Shown: positions 1 to 10,660, numbered from the stretch's first letter. The stretch is 64,000 nt of DNA from Oligoflexia bacterium (GCA_023954355.1 JAMLID010000017.1:1418-65417); one strand, 5' to 3'. Numbers and translations: made by a program. The notes: generated by a model from the sequence alone, not told the origin.

Positions 1-441
1 AGCGGTTAGTAGTGATCCTAATGCAATATAACACTGCCTAGATGCCCACTCTTGAGAGATTTTAGAGCGTGGCCCAGTTACAACATCGTTATAAATTGCT
101 TTATGCAGCCCTGATAGTTTATCGATGGGAACAGATCGAATTATACTCATTAAGTTAACGTAATTTTTTACATATTCATCGTTTATCGTTTTTGTTGCTA
201 AAAATACGACATAATGAGAGCAATCTGAAACTTGTTTTTGATTCCATGATTTTGCTTTAAGTTTTTCTCGCAGATCTTTATTTTGAATAAATAAAAACTT
301 CCATGGCTGCAATCCATAAGATGATGCAGAGAGATGAAGTGAAGATTTCAAGGTATGAATATCTTCTTCTGCTATTGATTTACTTGGATCAAAGAGTTTA
401 ACTGCGTATCGCCATTGTAGTGCTTCTAAGACTTGATTCAT
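1..441 (-). CDS. NAD(P)H nitroreductase-family oxidoreductase, N-terminal 147 codons (gene runs off the left edge)
   Basis: Not in the ORF track. My minus-strand translation from ATG (complement of 439..441) reads MNQVLEALQWRYAVKLFDPSK...SASSYGLQPWKFLFIQNKDLREKL...CSHYVVFLA, collinear with NfsB-type nitroreductases. The frame is open to position 1. Confidence 0.7.
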   Translation of the reverse strand, partial: MNQVLEALQWRYAVKLFDPSKSIAEEDIHTLKSSLHLSASSYGLQPWKFLFIQNKDLREKLKAKSWNQKQVSDCSHYVVFLATKTINDEYVKNYVNLMSIIRSVPIDKLSGLHKAIYNDVVTGPRSKISQEWASRQCYIALGSLLTA

Positions 442-452
442 TGCTAGAGACT

Positions 453-484
453 ACAAAAAAATAGCCGGAGGGGCAACTCCGGCT
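453..484 (-). terminator. Rho-independent terminator downstream of the 577..2358 gene
   Basis: Hairpin AGCCGGAG-GGGCAA-CTCCGGCT (463..484), followed on the minus strand by a T-run (complement of the A-run 454..461). Confidence 0.7.
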
Positions 485-576
485 AAGAAAAACTCTTTAT
501 TATAAAGAGTTCGGGTCTATTTTTATTATACTTATCTTAAGATTTTGGACTAGAAAAAGTTCAACACGGTATTTGA

Positions 577-2358
577 TTATTTATGCTTTTGAGTAGCTAA
601 ATTACTCATTTTAAAGCTGGTAAGTGAGTATACAGTAACAAAAAATATAGCCATAAATGATAAAATAGCCACCTGTACGGGGTAGTCAATAATTACTGCA
701 ATCGTACTAACAAGTAATTGCCAAATAACAGCAATGGCGATTACTGTATTCATTTTATGATCTAAGTCTTTTTGTAGCTCTAGCGAAAAGAGCTGCTCTG
801 AGAGAGAATTTACATAATAAAAACTACCGTCTTTGCCATAATATGGTGCAATTCCATATTGGTAATTTGCAGGCGTTTTTAGGTTAAAGCTGTTAAAGTT
901 TTTAATCTCAATCAGCTCATAACCTTCAGCTTTAAATTTAAGAGCTAAGTTTTCATAATCAATATTTGTCTGTAAATAGACAATATGCATATTTGGGATT
1001 TGCGTGAAAGCATCGCAAAAAAGTGAACCATCATTTTGCACGAAAATAAATTGACTTCTATATTCTTTAAAATTTTCTATAAACTCTTCAATCAAAGGAA
1101 ATTCATACTCAAGGTAACATATTATCTTCCCGTCTATTTTAAGTTCATGAATTAAGTAGTATGAGTTTTTATTACGAGTCTTTAGAGAAACACTATTTTC
1201 TGGCTTTATATTCCAACTTAACTTTTTATCCATAACCGTTGCGGTATACTCGTTATTTTGTTGGTCAAATTTAAAGTCGCTTAGAATTTCGAAAGTAATT
1301 TGCTTACTTAGCCCTTCTTTTAAAAATTGTATCGAATAGCTTTTATCTATTTTTCTCGCTAAAGGCATAAATAGTGAGAAAATTTGATTTGTTTCATAAT
1401 CGCTATTTTCTAAAATTGTGAATTTTTTTTTCGTGCTATCTATTGAAGATTCGTAAGTATTTATTAAGTAAACAACTTTATGATCGTTAATTTTTTTTGG
1501 TGCTTTATGAAAAGCACTCCCTTGGCTTGCATAAAGTGTTTGATTTTTTTTCATCAGATACTGAATTAAATAAATTAATGGAAACCAAAGATTGGCTAAA
1601 AGTGCGATCACGATAGAATGTAGAGAGAATTCTCCCATAATTGTTTGAAGCACAAAGCAAATCAAACAAGTAAAAAATAAAAAGAGTAAAAATACAGTAG
1701 GTTTTGGAGTGCTTTGAAGAAAACGAATATATTGATGTAGGGCGCTTTCTCTGGTTTTATTGCATACAGATGCAAGTAATCTTCCCTTTGAGACTAAGGT
1801 ACCAGATAGTAGTAGCTGCGGAGATGAAATAGATTTAGGTTCTTGGATTCCATAAAAAGATAAATCAACGAACGCACTACCGTTAGCAATTTGCACATCG
1901 TGAGAAAGAGTATTTTCTTCTGCCACTACAATCATTTGGCCATTTTCGATCTCAGCAATAGGTATTTCACCCTCTATATCTTGGTCTACGAAAACTCTAA
2001 CTTTTTGCGGTAGTTCATTAAGTTTTATTTGGTTTAACTTCTTTATTCGCAATTGTTGATCACAGTATAAATAGAAATAACTACAATATACGAGTTGCAA
2101 GATTAACAGTAAATGCGAGTGTTCAATAAAAAGTGGATTCCCGCTTATGTGACTATAGATTGCTAACAAAAAGATAACTGTACTGGTGAATAAAATTTGA
2201 AATGGCTTGCGATTTTTCAAAAAACACCAGGCTATTGAAAATATAAAAATTAAAAATAAAGTGGTGTTTTGTATCCAGGGCTCTATGTATATAGAGTGGT
2301 CTCTTTGCGCATATAGTGACGCCATTAGAATTGGAATAAAAATAATCCCCATGTGCAT
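577..2358 (-). CDS. Polytopic membrane protein with P-type-ATPase-like architecture but no catalytic motifs
   Basis: 593-aa ORF with N-terminal TM helices. An actuator-like block (VRVFVDQDIEGEIPIAEIENGQMIVV...VDLSFYGIQEPKSI...SGTLVSKGRLLASV) is followed by 2 TM helices, a ~300-aa soluble region and C-terminal TM helices. VVYLINTYESS sits where DKTGT is expected, and no TGDN or GDGxNDxP motif is present. Confidence 0.5.
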   Translation of the reverse strand: MHMGIIFIPILMASLYAQRDHSIYIEPWIQNTTLFLIFIFSIAWCFLKNRKPFQILFTSTVIFLLAIYSHISGNPLFIEHSHLLLILQLVYCSYFYLYCDQQLRIKKLNQIKLNELPQKVRVFVDQDIEGEIPIAEIENGQMIVVAEENTLSHDVQIANGSAFVDLSFYGIQEPKSISSPQLLLSGTLVSKGRLLASVCNKTRESALHQYIRFLQSTPKPTVFLLFLFFTCLICFVLQTIMGEFSLHSIVIALLANLWFPLIYLIQYLMKKNQTLYASQGSAFHKAPKKINDHKVVYLINTYESSIDSTKKKFTILENSDYETNQIFSLFMPLARKIDKSYSIQFLKEGLSKQITFEILSDFKFDQQNNEYTATVMDKKLSWNIKPENSVSLKTRNKNSYYLIHELKIDGKIICYLEYEFPLIEEFIENFKEYRSQFIFVQNDGSLFCDAFTQIPNMHIVYLQTNIDYENLALKFKAEGYELIEIKNFNSFNLKTPANYQYGIAPYYGKDGSFYYVNSLSEQLFSLELQKDLDHKMNTVIAIAVIWQLLVSTIAVIIDYPVQVAILSFMAIFFVTVYSLTSFKMSNLATQKHK

Positions 2359-2396
2359 AGAGACTAGTTTAGTTCATCTAATGAGAAAGAAAAGGG

Positions 2397-3194
2397 TTAT
2401 TTCCCAGCGAGTTTTTGCGCTCTTGTATTTTGCTGGCGACAAAATTCAGCCATAGTGACTGCTGCTGATACAGATACATTTAAGCTTTCTATGTGGCCGG
2501 AGCCGGGTATATGAAGTTTTGTGTCTAAAATTCTTCCCATGGCCGAAGACAGACCAATGGTTTCAGAGCCGAGCACAAATACCGATCTTTGGGATAAGCG
2601 AGTATCGAAAATACTTTTTGCTTCTTTGTCTACATCTAGACCGTATACTATAAAACCAAGTTTTTTTAGTTGAGAGATTGCTTTATCAGGGTCATCTAGT
2701 GCTACTGTTTTCACATTTTCATATGCTCCTTCACTAGTTCTATAAGCTGAAGCAGAAATGGTAGGAAAGTTTGTTTCATCACCGATAACGTAATCAACTC
2801 CAAAATGAGCTGCAGATCGTATGATTGCTCCAAAATTGTGGGGATTGGTTACACCGTCTAAATATAAAATCAAGTTTTGACTATTGCTAAGAGATGAAAA
2901 AAACCTTCTTTGAGATAGGTGCAATTTCTTTTGAGCGACAAGACAAATCCCTTGGTGATGTGTTGATTCAGTGAGTTTTTCTAAATCTTTGTCCGTTACT
3001 ATATGATAGGACTTTCTTTTTTTAGCGCAAAAGATGATTAGCTCACTGTATTTTTCTTGTAAATCTTTGTGAATATAGGCACGAACAATATCATCAGGTC
3101 TATTTTTGAATAGAGCTATGCATGCATTTGTTCCTGAGTATTTTTGCTCGTCTTTAGCTAAATGTGGTCTTTGCTTGGCATCTGAATTTTTCAC
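2397..3194 (-). CDS. TrmH/SpoU-family RNA 2'-O-methyltransferase (RlmB-like)
   Basis: Motifs [32 protein letters not shown] and [18 protein letters not shown] are typical SpoU methylase signatures. The 4-nt overlap with the upstream gpmA stop suggests an operon. Confidence 0.85.
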   Translation of the reverse strand: MKNSDAKQRPHLAKDEQKYSGTNACIALFKNRPDDIVRAYIHKDLQEKYSELIIFCAKKRKSYHIVTDKDLEKLTESTHHQGICLVAQKKLHLSQRRFFSSLSNSQNLILYLDGVTNPHNFGAIIRSAAHFGVDYVIGDETNFPTISASAYRTSEGAYENVKTVALDDPDKAISQLKKLGFIVYGLDVDKEAKSIFDTRLSQRSVFVLGSETIGLSSAMGRILDTKLHIPGSGHIESLNVSVSAAVTMAEFCRQQNTRAQKLAGK

Positions 3195-3931
3195 TTAGCT
3201 TTTCCTTGGCTAGCTACCGCTTTTTGTGCTTTTTCAATTTCTATCGAATCACCCAAATAATAATTTTTTATAGGTTTAAGTTCTTTATCTAATTCGTAAA
3301 CCAATGGAATTCCTGTGGGGATATTTAACTGCATAATGTCTTCATTTGAAATACTATCTAAATGCTTTACAAGTGCTCTTAAGCTATTTCCATGAGCCAC
3401 TATAATTATAGATTCACCTTTACGAACTTTAGGAGCGATTTCTTTATCCCAGTAAGGCAGCAAACGATCTATGGTTTCTTTTAGTGATTCGCCAGCAATA
3501 CTAGAACCTCCGGCTTTATATCTAATATCTTTAGAGGGGTGTCTTTCGTCAGAGGCTTCAAGTAGTGGAGGTAATGTATCAAAACTTCTTCTCCATACTA
3601 ACACTTGCTCTTCTCCATACTTATTAGCGGTTTCAGACTTATTTAATCCTTGAAGTGCACCATAGTGACGCTCGTTAAGACACCAGCTTTTCTCTACTGG
3701 TATCCACTCTTGGCTTAACTCTTCGAGATTAATCCAAAGCGTCTGAATCGCTCTTTTCAAGAGTGACGTATATGCGCGATCAAACGTAAAGCCTTCTTTT
3801 TTTAACAATTGCCCAGCAGTTTTCGCTTCTATTTTACCATGTTCAGACAATGGTACATCCGTCCAACCCGTAAATCGATTCTCTTTATTCCACTGGCTTT
3901 CACCATGTCGGAGTAATACTAATTTGTACAT
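3191..3931 (-). CDS. gpmA: 2,3-bisphosphoglycerate-dependent phosphoglycerate mutase
   Basis: N-terminus [30 protein letters not shown] (RHGE catalytic His motif), a later HGNSLRAL motif, and a length of 246 aa. Confidence 0.95.
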   Translation of the reverse strand: MYKLVLLRHGESQWNKENRFTGWTDVPLSEHGKIEAKTAGQLLKKEGFTFDRAYTSLLKRAIQTLWINLEELSQEWIPVEKSWCLNERHYGALQGLNKSETANKYGEEQVLVWRRSFDTLPPLLEASDERHPSKDIRYKAGGSSIAGESLKETIDRLLPYWDKEIAPKVRKGESIIIVAHGNSLRALVKHLDSISNEDIMQLNIPTGIPLVYELDKELKPIKNYYLGDSIEIEKAQKAVASQGKAK

Positions 3932-3942
3932 AAATGAGATCC

Positions 3943-5208
3943 TTATTCCATTAATGTTGCTTTGATTTCAGAATACACATCTGGGTCTGAAAATAATTCT
4001 GCATGTTGATACGAAGTCATGATAGTTTTAGTGTTTGGCTCAAGGGCCGGAGGCACAGTAGCAGATGAAACCGTTACAGTTCCATCACCATCTCGATAAA
4101 GTATATCTGTATCAAAAGCAAAAGAGTCACTTTCAGAAAAATAAAATCGATTGTTTTTTGTATTAAAGGCCGCTTTATCTAAGGTGGGATTTGTATGACC
4201 TATAACATTAAGCACTTTTAATTCACGGGGAGCGCTCCATTGCCCACTTCTCATATACACCGAACGTTCTCTAAATATATAAGCATTTGCCATTTGCTCT
4301 TTTATATATTTTTTTCTTGCCAGTATGCTTTCTTCGCTTATTTTTTTATTCACACGAAACAAGCCAAGTCTATGATCCATCCAAAAAGAGTCTGAATGTA
4401 AATCTAATGGTACAGACTTCATTGATTTCGGCTCTATTGCTTCTGCTAGTGACGGTAATAAAATATAAGAGCTTGGAAACGATTGGTAATTTTCTGGTGG
4501 GATCATTTTGCTATTAAAAAAATACCCTCCACCAAGCTCCATGTTTTTCAGAATACTCATTGCTCCACGAAAAGGTGTACCTAAAAATACGACCCGGTTG
4601 ACTTTTTTAGCTCCAGACCAGTTCATTAACCCTTCTTGAGGATTTTGCACTCCAAAGCCAAGATAGTACGAAACGACTAGTCCACCCATACTATGAGCAA
4701 TAATCGTTATTTTTTCAACGCCCTTGTCTTTTAGCTCTTCAATTAAGTTATCGAGTTTTCTTACGGCTTCAATCGAATGCTCTCGCCAATCGTAAACAAG
4801 TGGAATCACTTGGTAGTTCGTTTCATTGGCTAAAGTTTTTGCTAATTTATTATATACATCTACCTCGAATAAATAGGGAACAATGGATATAGAGCCAAAC
4901 ATACCTTCTAGTTCAAGCGAAGCACGCGGTAAGTCTTTTATTGGTGTTTGATAGCCAATATTAATAGTATTAAATAGCAGACTAGAAGCGGTTAAAAACG
5001 TACGCCTCTTTGTTGATGAACTTCTTAAGAAGCTACCATAAAAGCCGTGAACTAAAATAATTGCAGGGGCACTATTAATAAATTCATTTTTGGGCGCATT
5101 TAGCACCATGCTTTTTTTTTCAGAGCAGGCCTGAAGGACTAAAAAAAATGCAAAGCAAAAAGTTGTTATTGATCGCACGTTTTTAATGTTTCCAATATAA
5201 TAGTACAT
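3943..5208 (-). CDS. Secreted alpha/beta-hydrolase lipase/acyltransferase (LCAT-like), probable lipoprotein
   Basis: YDWR motif plus the nucleophile elbow AHSMGG. The track start overlaps rocD by 43 nt. An in-frame GTG at 5178 would give [18 protein letters not shown], a lipobox signal peptide, so the true start may be 5178. Confidence 0.7.
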   Translation of the reverse strand: MYYYIGNIKNVRSITTFCFAFFLVLQACSEKKSMVLNAPKNEFINSAPAIILVHGFYGSFLRSSSTKRRTFLTASSLLFNTINIGYQTPIKDLPRASLELEGMFGSISIVPYLFEVDVYNKLAKTLANETNYQVIPLVYDWREHSIEAVRKLDNLIEELKDKGVEKITIIAHSMGGLVVSYYLGFGVQNPQEGLMNWSGAKKVNRVVFLGTPFRGAMSILKNMELGGGYFFNSKMIPPENYQSFPSSYILLPSLAEAIEPKSMKSVPLDLHSDSFWMDHRLGLFRVNKKISEESILARKKYIKEQMANAYIFRERSVYMRSGQWSAPRELKVLNVIGHTNPTLDKAAFNTKNNRFYFSESDSFAFDTDILYRDGDGTVTVSSATVPPALEPNTKTIMTSYQHAELFSDPDVYSEIKATLME

Positions 5209-6386
5209 CCCTCAGTAATTTGCTTTTCGTCGATAATAAGAGGTGGTGCAAACCGAATAATATGCTCATGGGTGGGTTTTGCTAAAAGTCCGTTCTCTTT
5301 TAAGGCAAGACAAATATCCCAGGCACTCTTTTTGTAATCTTTTTTAATAACTATAGCATTCATTAAGCCTCGACCCCGTACACTTTCCACGAATGAGAAC
5401 TTTTGATTTTTTAGTTTAGATCGAAAAATTTCACCCATTCTTTGAGAGTTTTCAGTGAGATTTTCATCTTTCAAAACTTCTAATGCGGCTTTAGCTACGA
5501 CACATGCGAGTGGGTTTCCGCCATATGTAGACCCATGTTCTCCCGGCTTAATATTTAACATGATCTCGTCGTCGGCCAATACAGCAGATACAGGAAAAAT
5601 ACCGCCAGATAAGGCTTTTCCTAAAATAAGAATATCAGGTCTAACGCCTTCGTGATCACAGGCGAGTAGTTTTCCTGTGCGCCCCAATCCAGTTTGAACT
5701 TCATCAGCGATAAATAAAACATTATATTTTTCACATAGGGCTTTGGCTTTTTTTAAGTAACCTTCAGAAGGCACGACAACACCCGCTTCACCCTGAATGG
5801 GTTCAACCATAAACGCGGCACAATTTGGATGCTTAAGTTTTTCTTCAAGTTCTATGAGGTTGTCGTATTCTACTAAATCAAACCCAGGCATATAGGGACC
5901 AAAACCTGCATAAGATGCAGGGTCTGTAGAACTTGATATCGCAGCTAGTGTTCTTCCCCAAAAATTTCCTTTAACAAAAGTAATTTTAGCTTCGTTATTG
6001 GGAATTTTTTTCTTTACATATCCCCAACGGCGAGCGAGTTTAATTGCCGTTTCTCCGCCCTCTACGCCTGTATTCATTGGCAATACTTTATCGTATCCAA
6101 AGTATTTCGTGATATATTCTTCATAAGGGCCTAATTGATCGTTAAAAAAAGCTCTTGAAGTAAGCGTTAATTCTTTCGCCTGCTTGGTGAGCGCATCTAC
6201 AATTTTGGGATGACAATGCCCTTGATTAACGGCGGAGTAGGCTGAGAGAAAATCGAAGTATTTCTTACCCTCGGTGTCCCAAACATAAATTCCTAGCCCC
6301 CTGGATAAAACAACCGGGAGAGGGTGATAATTATGAGCTCCGTAAAGGCTTTCTAACTCCATAAGTCTAGAAGCTGCTTGATTCAT
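5166..6386 (-). CDS. rocD: Ornithine--oxo-acid aminotransferase
   Basis: Class-III aminotransferase with the OAT-type N-terminus [49 protein letters not shown] and the PLP region [12 protein letters not shown]. Confidence 0.9.
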   Translation of the reverse strand: MNQAASRLMELESLYGAHNYHPLPVVLSRGLGIYVWDTEGKKYFDFLSAYSAVNQGHCHPKIVDALTKQAKELTLTSRAFFNDQLGPYEEYITKYFGYDKVLPMNTGVEGGETAIKLARRWGYVKKKIPNNEAKITFVKGNFWGRTLAAISSSTDPASYAGFGPYMPGFDLVEYDNLIELEEKLKHPNCAAFMVEPIQGEAGVVVPSEGYLKKAKALCEKYNVLFIADEVQTGLGRTGKLLACDHEGVRPDILILGKALSGGIFPVSAVLADDEIMLNIKPGEHGSTYGGNPLACVVAKAALEVLKDENLTENSQRMGEIFRSKLKNQKFSFVESVRGRGLMNAIVIKKDYKKSAWDICLALKENGLLAKPTHEHIIRFAPPLIIDEKQITEGCTIILETLKTCDQ

Positions 6387-6462
6387 TTGATTCTCTCTTT
6401 TTTATATGTTTTTACGCTATATAAATACTATCTTATATGCGTCGTATAAATCTAGGGTGCTC

Positions 6463-6783
6463 TTACTCTATCTCAATAGTTTGATGGTCTTCTAGAATAA
6501 TTCTGGCCGGCATTTCTTGGTCGAAATACTCCATAAGTTTATTTTTTTGTTCTCCTAAGTAAAATTTATTTTTTGCACATAATGACCCTACGACAACCCC
6601 TCGTTCTGGGTTTTCTACAGAGGTATCGTTGATAGTAGTAACAGAAAGATTAAATTTTTTTCTTGCTTCTTTAAGAACTCTATTAATGCTTCTTTGCTTT
6701 TCTTCTTCGTTATCATTCAAATAAAACTCAAATACAATCCGAAAAATATGACAAATGGGATGATCTGGTGTGCTAAGTGGCAT
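6463..6783 (-). CDS. DUF503 (YlxP-like) small protein
   Basis: 106 aa. The pattern ...EEEKQRSINRVLKEARKKFNLSVTTIND...ERGVVVGSLCAKN resembles the YlxP/DUF503 layout. The stop abuts the upstream gene. Confidence 0.55.
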   Translation of the reverse strand: MPLSTPDHPICHIFRIVFEFYLNDNEEEKQRSINRVLKEARKKFNLSVTTINDTSVENPERGVVVGSLCAKNKFYLGEQKNKLMEYFDQEMPARIILEDHQTIEIE

Positions 6784-7647
6784 CTAGTTAACTGCCGATC
6801 GTTTTGCTATTTTCTGGCGCGCTGTAATAATGCGAATAATTTCAGAAGCTGTTTCTTCAAGAGCTTTTCCAGAAACATCAAAAATAGGCCATTTACGATT
6901 TTGCTTAAAAATTTCATTGGCGTATTCAATGTCTTGAACCACATGATCCATGCTTGCATAGTTCTCTCTTGTTTGGTCTCTTGGATCTTTACCTAGACGC
7001 TCTAAACGAGCTTTTCTAATAGTATGTAAAACATCTGCTTGGATCGTTAGTGCTATTATTTTATTGGGGTCTACTTTATAGACCTCTGATGGAACCGGAA
7101 TGCCCGTGACTATAGGAATATTACATACTCTATAGCCTTGAAGAGATAAATACATTGAAAGTGGTGTTTTAGATGTTCGAGAAATTCCTAAAATCACAAT
7201 GTCTGCATCATGGATACGGTCTAGAGATTTTCCATCATCGTGTTGAATCGTATATTCCATTGCAGCGATTCTTTGAAAGTACTGCTCATTTACTGAGTGG
7301 GTGAGTCCCGGCTGCGAAGCCGGTTGCGTCTCAAAGAATGCCGCTAATGAATTTAATAGAGGGCCTAACAGATCAATCGCTAGCACCTTATGTTTTTGCG
7401 ACATTTCTTGCGTGTACTTTCTTAACTCGGGAGAAACTAGAGTATAAACAACCAAGTCATGCCTATCTGCAGCATCTTGAAAAATAGACTCAATCTGAAG
7501 TTGAGTTCGAATGTTTTTATATCTAGTATAGGTAATTTCTCGGTCAGAAAATTGAACCAATCCAGCTTTTGTCATTAAAGAAGCTGTTTCTCCTGTACCG
7601 TCTGAAATAATAAGAATTTTAACTTCAGGCTTTAGCTCATTTGTCAT
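6784..7647 (-). CDS. Pyruvate,water/phosphate dikinase regulatory protein (PSRP/PDRP bifunctional kinase-pyrophosphorylase, DUF299)
   Basis: P-loop-like ILGISRTSKTPLSMYLSLQGYRVCNIP and overall collinearity with the PpsR family. Length 287 aa. Confidence 0.85.
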   Translation of the reverse strand: MTNELKPEVKILIISDGTGETASLMTKAGLVQFSDREITYTRYKNIRTQLQIESIFQDAADRHDLVVYTLVSPELRKYTQEMSQKHKVLAIDLLGPLLNSLAAFFETQPASQPGLTHSVNEQYFQRIAAMEYTIQHDDGKSLDRIHDADIVILGISRTSKTPLSMYLSLQGYRVCNIPIVTGIPVPSEVYKVDPNKIIALTIQADVLHTIRKARLERLGKDPRDQTRENYASMDHVVQDIEYANEIFKQNRKWPIFDVSGKALEETASEIIRIITARQKIAKRSAVN

Positions 7648-7668
7648 ATGGAACCTCTTTTTATGAGA

Positions 7669-7832
7669 TTAGGTTGTGTTTTCAAACTTAGTAACTACTG
7701 CGAAAGTTGCTAAAAGCGTCGAATCTGCGTAATTCGTCGTTGGAATAGCTTTATTATTCCGCCCCTTCACGCCTCGTTCAATACTTCCAGTATTTTTCTC
7801 GCAACGCTTCTAAGCTTGAAAACACAACCTAA
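7669..7832. repeat. 164-bp element closed by 23-bp terminal inverted repeats (MITE-like element or highly structured sRNA)
   Basis: 7669..7691 TTAGGTTGTGTTTTCAAACTTAG pairs with 7810..7832 CTAAGCTTGAAAACACAACCTAA. There is a single A:C mismatch on the plus strand, which is a G:U pair on the minus strand. Three internal hairpins are present. The element fills the miaA/ppsR-like intergenic gap. Confidence 0.5.
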
Positions 7833-7844
7833 GTGTATGTTGAT

Positions 7845-8840
7845 TTAGGAAGAAAATCCAAGCGCAAAGATAAGACGCTCAAAGTGATCTTCTGAAAGCC
7901 ACTCTACTGTGGGGTCAGAGCGAAACCACGTCATTTGCTGTTTTGCTAAATGCATTGTATTGCGAACAATTAAATCTTGACACTCTGGTAGCGAAATCTG
8001 CCCATCTAAGTATTGAACTACTTCTTTATAGCCCACACTCATCATGGGCTTTAGAGATTTACTGATACCTGAATTGAGTAGTTGTTGCACTTCTTCTATC
8101 AAGCCATCACTTAGCATCTTTGTAGTTCTATTTTGAATTCTTTTCAAAAGCGTTTCTTTTTCTGTTAATAAGCAAAAAAGACGAAAATTTTTATATCGGT
8201 ATTCTTGTTCTCTTTGTTTTTGATTTAATACAGACCATTTTTCGCCGTATATTTCTATTGCTTGTAGTGCTCTCACAATTCTGTAATGATCATTCTGATG
8301 AATTTTAATCGTGGCTTCTGGGTCTAGACTTTTTAGTTTATCGTACAAAAGAGAAAATCCTTCTTTTTTTCCGATATCCTCAAGTGCTGTTTTTATTTTT
8401 TTTGCTTCTTCCGTATCTTCACTCGTTTCATTTGCTACCACACCTTTAAGTAGAGCTTTAAGATAAAAACCGGTCCCTCCTGTAATAATAGGGATGCTTT
8501 TATTTGCAAAATTTTTTTGAATAATTGAAGAAGCTTCTCTTGAAAAATCTGCGGCAGTATATTCTTCTTCTGCTCTTAAAATATTCACCAAATGATGGGG
8601 CACTTTTTTTAAGTCATCTTTACTGGGCTTTGAAGAACCAATATCAAAACCTTTATATACAGCTATAGAGTCAGCGGAGAGGATTTCAGAATTCAATTGA
8701 TGTTTTTTTAGATACTCAAATAGTTCTATGGCAAGATTTGACTTTCCAGACCCAGTTGGGCCAGAGATGAGAATGAGTGTATTAGCGCTTAACTCTTTTT
8801 GTTTGGCATAATTGTACTGGTGAGTTTTAGGTTTTTTCAC
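7845..8840 (-). CDS. miaA: tRNA dimethylallyltransferase
   Basis: P-loop ILISGPTGSGKSNLAIEL and IPP-transferase-family collinearity. The gene overlaps the mutL stop by 4 nt, giving the classic mutL-miaA order. Confidence 0.9.
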   Translation of the reverse strand: MKKPKTHQYNYAKQKELSANTLILISGPTGSGKSNLAIELFEYLKKHQLNSEILSADSIAVYKGFDIGSSKPSKDDLKKVPHHLVNILRAEEEYTAADFSREASSIIQKNFANKSIPIITGGTGFYLKALLKGVVANETSEDTEEAKKIKTALEDIGKKEGFSLLYDKLKSLDPEATIKIHQNDHYRIVRALQAIEIYGEKWSVLNQKQREQEYRYKNFRLFCLLTEKETLLKRIQNRTTKMLSDGLIEEVQQLLNSGISKSLKPMMSVGYKEVVQYLDGQISLPECQDLIVRNTMHLAKQQMTWFRSDPTVEWLSEDHFERLIFALGFSS

Positions 8841-10660
8841 GTTATTCGTCGAAATAGACGCTCTATTTCAGGCCATTTCAATTTTACTGAAGTAGGGCGG
8901 CCGTGCGGACAATGGCCTGAATAGTCTGTTTCAGACATTTGCTCTATGAGCTCCAGAGCTTCTTCTTTATCTAAACTCTGTCCCGCACGTACCGAGCCGT
9001 GACAGCTTTGGGTTGCTAACGACTCTAAGAGAATGTTTTGTACTTTTTCCACTAAAATTTCTTCTTCTAAATCTGGATCAAGCGTGCAAAATAGATTCTG
9101 AAAAAATTTCGAAAGCGATAAAGCAGGTGCCCCATCTTTTTTTAACAAAAGGTAGGGAATGCTATGAATTTTGAGTTGAGAGGGACCAAATCGACTTATA
9201 GAAAATCCATAAGGCTCTAATTTTCCTAAAAATGACTCGAAACGATCTAAATCAGACTTCGGAATTTCTAATACTATAGGAACGAGCAAGTCGGACACTT
9301 GAATATTTTTTAGCGTGGATTCTTTTAATTTTTCATAAGTAATTCGTTCATGAGCCGCATGTTGATCTATTAATAAAAGGCCATCTTTTACTTGGCAAAT
9401 TAAGTAGGTGTTTTTTAATGTTCCTAAAAAGTAAGGTTTATCTACAGATAGAGTATTTAAATCAGCCTGACAGGCATTTGTCTCAATTCTATTTTCAAAT
9501 GAATCTATCATCATTAGATTTTTATTTTGAGGTACTGAGAAAAGAGAAGGTGTTTCTGTATGGTCAGACAGCTCTCTTGCAAAAAACTCTTCCTCTAATG
9601 TCGGTATAAAATTATTTTTTATAGAGACTGATGTTCTTCGATCTTCTTTTAAAACAGCACTTAAATGTTTTTTTATTGCGGCAAAAACATGAGAAGAGTT
9701 TTTAAATCGTATTTCAGCCTTAGATGGATGAACGTTTACATCGATCTGCTCTGGAGGTAGCTCTAGATTTAACACTAATTGTGGATATAGATTTCCAAAT
9801 AAAACTTCTTTAGCCGCAGAGAGAATAGACTGCTGTAAAAGCTTGTCTTTCACGCTTCTTCTGTTGACGTAAGTAAATATGCCTCTAGTAGAGGGAATAT
9901 AAAATTTTTGAGGTAAAACCCAAGCATCTATTTTAAGGTCTCCAGACACTGTATGTAGGTGTAAGAGATCATTCTCTTCTAATCGCATATTCCAAGCAGA
10001 TTTATAGACTTGATGAATTCTTTCTTCGATACTTTTTGCAGCACTGAACTGTAGACGCTCTTCTCCATCGACCGTTAAATGAAATGCTACATGAGGCATG
10101 TTCATGGCTAGCTTATAAATTGTATGAAGGCATTGGCTTGTTTCAGAAGCAGTTGTTTTTAAAAACTGAAGTCTTGCTGGCGTATTATAAAATAGATTTT
10201 CTATTTTTATTGTTGTTCCATAATTTCGAGCCAGCTTTTGGTCTGATTGTACGCTTCCGCCCTCTATGTGTAAAAAACGCCCCGTAGTCGATTCATGATC
10301 TCTTGAGTGAATTTGCATTTGAGAGACGGCTGCAATCGAAGCCAATGCTTCTCCTCTAAAGCCCCAAGTTTTAATGGCAAACAAATCGTCGGTTTTGGAA
10401 ATTTTACTAGTACTATGACGTTCTACTGCTAGTAAAAGATCGTCTGGGTGTATCCCCTTGCCGTTATCAGATACTAAAAGAAGCTTCTTGCCCCCTTCGT
10501 TGATTTCTATTTGAATTTCTGTACTGCCAGCGTCGAGGCTATTTTCTAAAAGTTCTTTTAAAGCAGAAGAGGGACGCTCAATAACTTCTCCGGCAGCAAT
10601 TTGATTACTCAGTGTGTCATTTAATTTATGTATCCGGTAAGTCATAGGGTCTTTTCTCAT
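8837..10660 (-). CDS. mutL: DNA mismatch repair protein MutL
   Basis: GHKL ATPase motifs (IAAGEVIERPSSALKELLENSLDAG, DNGKGI, GFRGEAL) and the C-terminal dimerisation region. Length 607 aa. Confidence 0.95.
   Translation of the reverse strand: MRKDPMTYRIHKLNDTLSNQIAAGEVIERPSSALKELLENSLDAGSTEIQIEINEGGKKLLLVSDNGKGIHPDDLLLAVERHSTSKISKTDDLFAIKTWGFRGEALASIAAVSQMQIHSRDHESTTGRFLHIEGGSVQSDQKLARNYGTTIKIENLFYNTPARLQFLKTTASETSQCLHTIYKLAMNMPHVAFHLTVDGEERLQFSAAKSIEERIHQVYKSAWNMRLEENDLLHLHTVSGDLKIDAWVLPQKFYIPSTRGIFTYVNRRSVKDKLLQQSILSAAKEVLFGNLYPQLVLNLELPPEQIDVNVHPSKAEIRFKNSSHVFAAIKKHLSAVLKEDRRTSVSIKNNFIPTLEEEFFARELSDHTETPSLFSVPQNKNLMMIDSFENRIETNACQADLNTLSVDKPYFLGTLKNTYLICQVKDGLLLIDQHAAHERITYEKLKESTLKNIQVSDLLVPIVLEIPKSDLDRFESFLGKLEPYGFSISRFGPSQLKIHSIPYLLLKKDGAPALSLSKFFQNLFCTLDPDLEEEILVEKVQNILLESLATQSCHGSVRAGQSLDKEEALELIEQMSETDYSGHCPHGRPTSVKLKWPEIERLFRRIT

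Noticed and set aside
2207-2455. Small overlapping ORFs from the track (e.g. 2207..2455, 3471..3653, 4287..4517, 5455..5655, 6694..6996, 9418..9609, 10084..10287, 11346..11637, 12718..12915, 14205..14453, 16633..16830, 17440..17808)
   Set aside because: All are embedded in, or antisense to, strongly supported family-assignable genes. They have low-complexity translations and lack RBS or signal features.
7669-7832. 6S RNA (ssrS) interpretation of the inverted-repeat element
   Set aside because: The length and long closing stem were suggestive. My hand fold, however, gives a multi-branched structure with three internal hairpins rather than the rod with a large central bubble that defines 6S RNA. 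It is kept only as a generic structured-RNA or MITE candidate.
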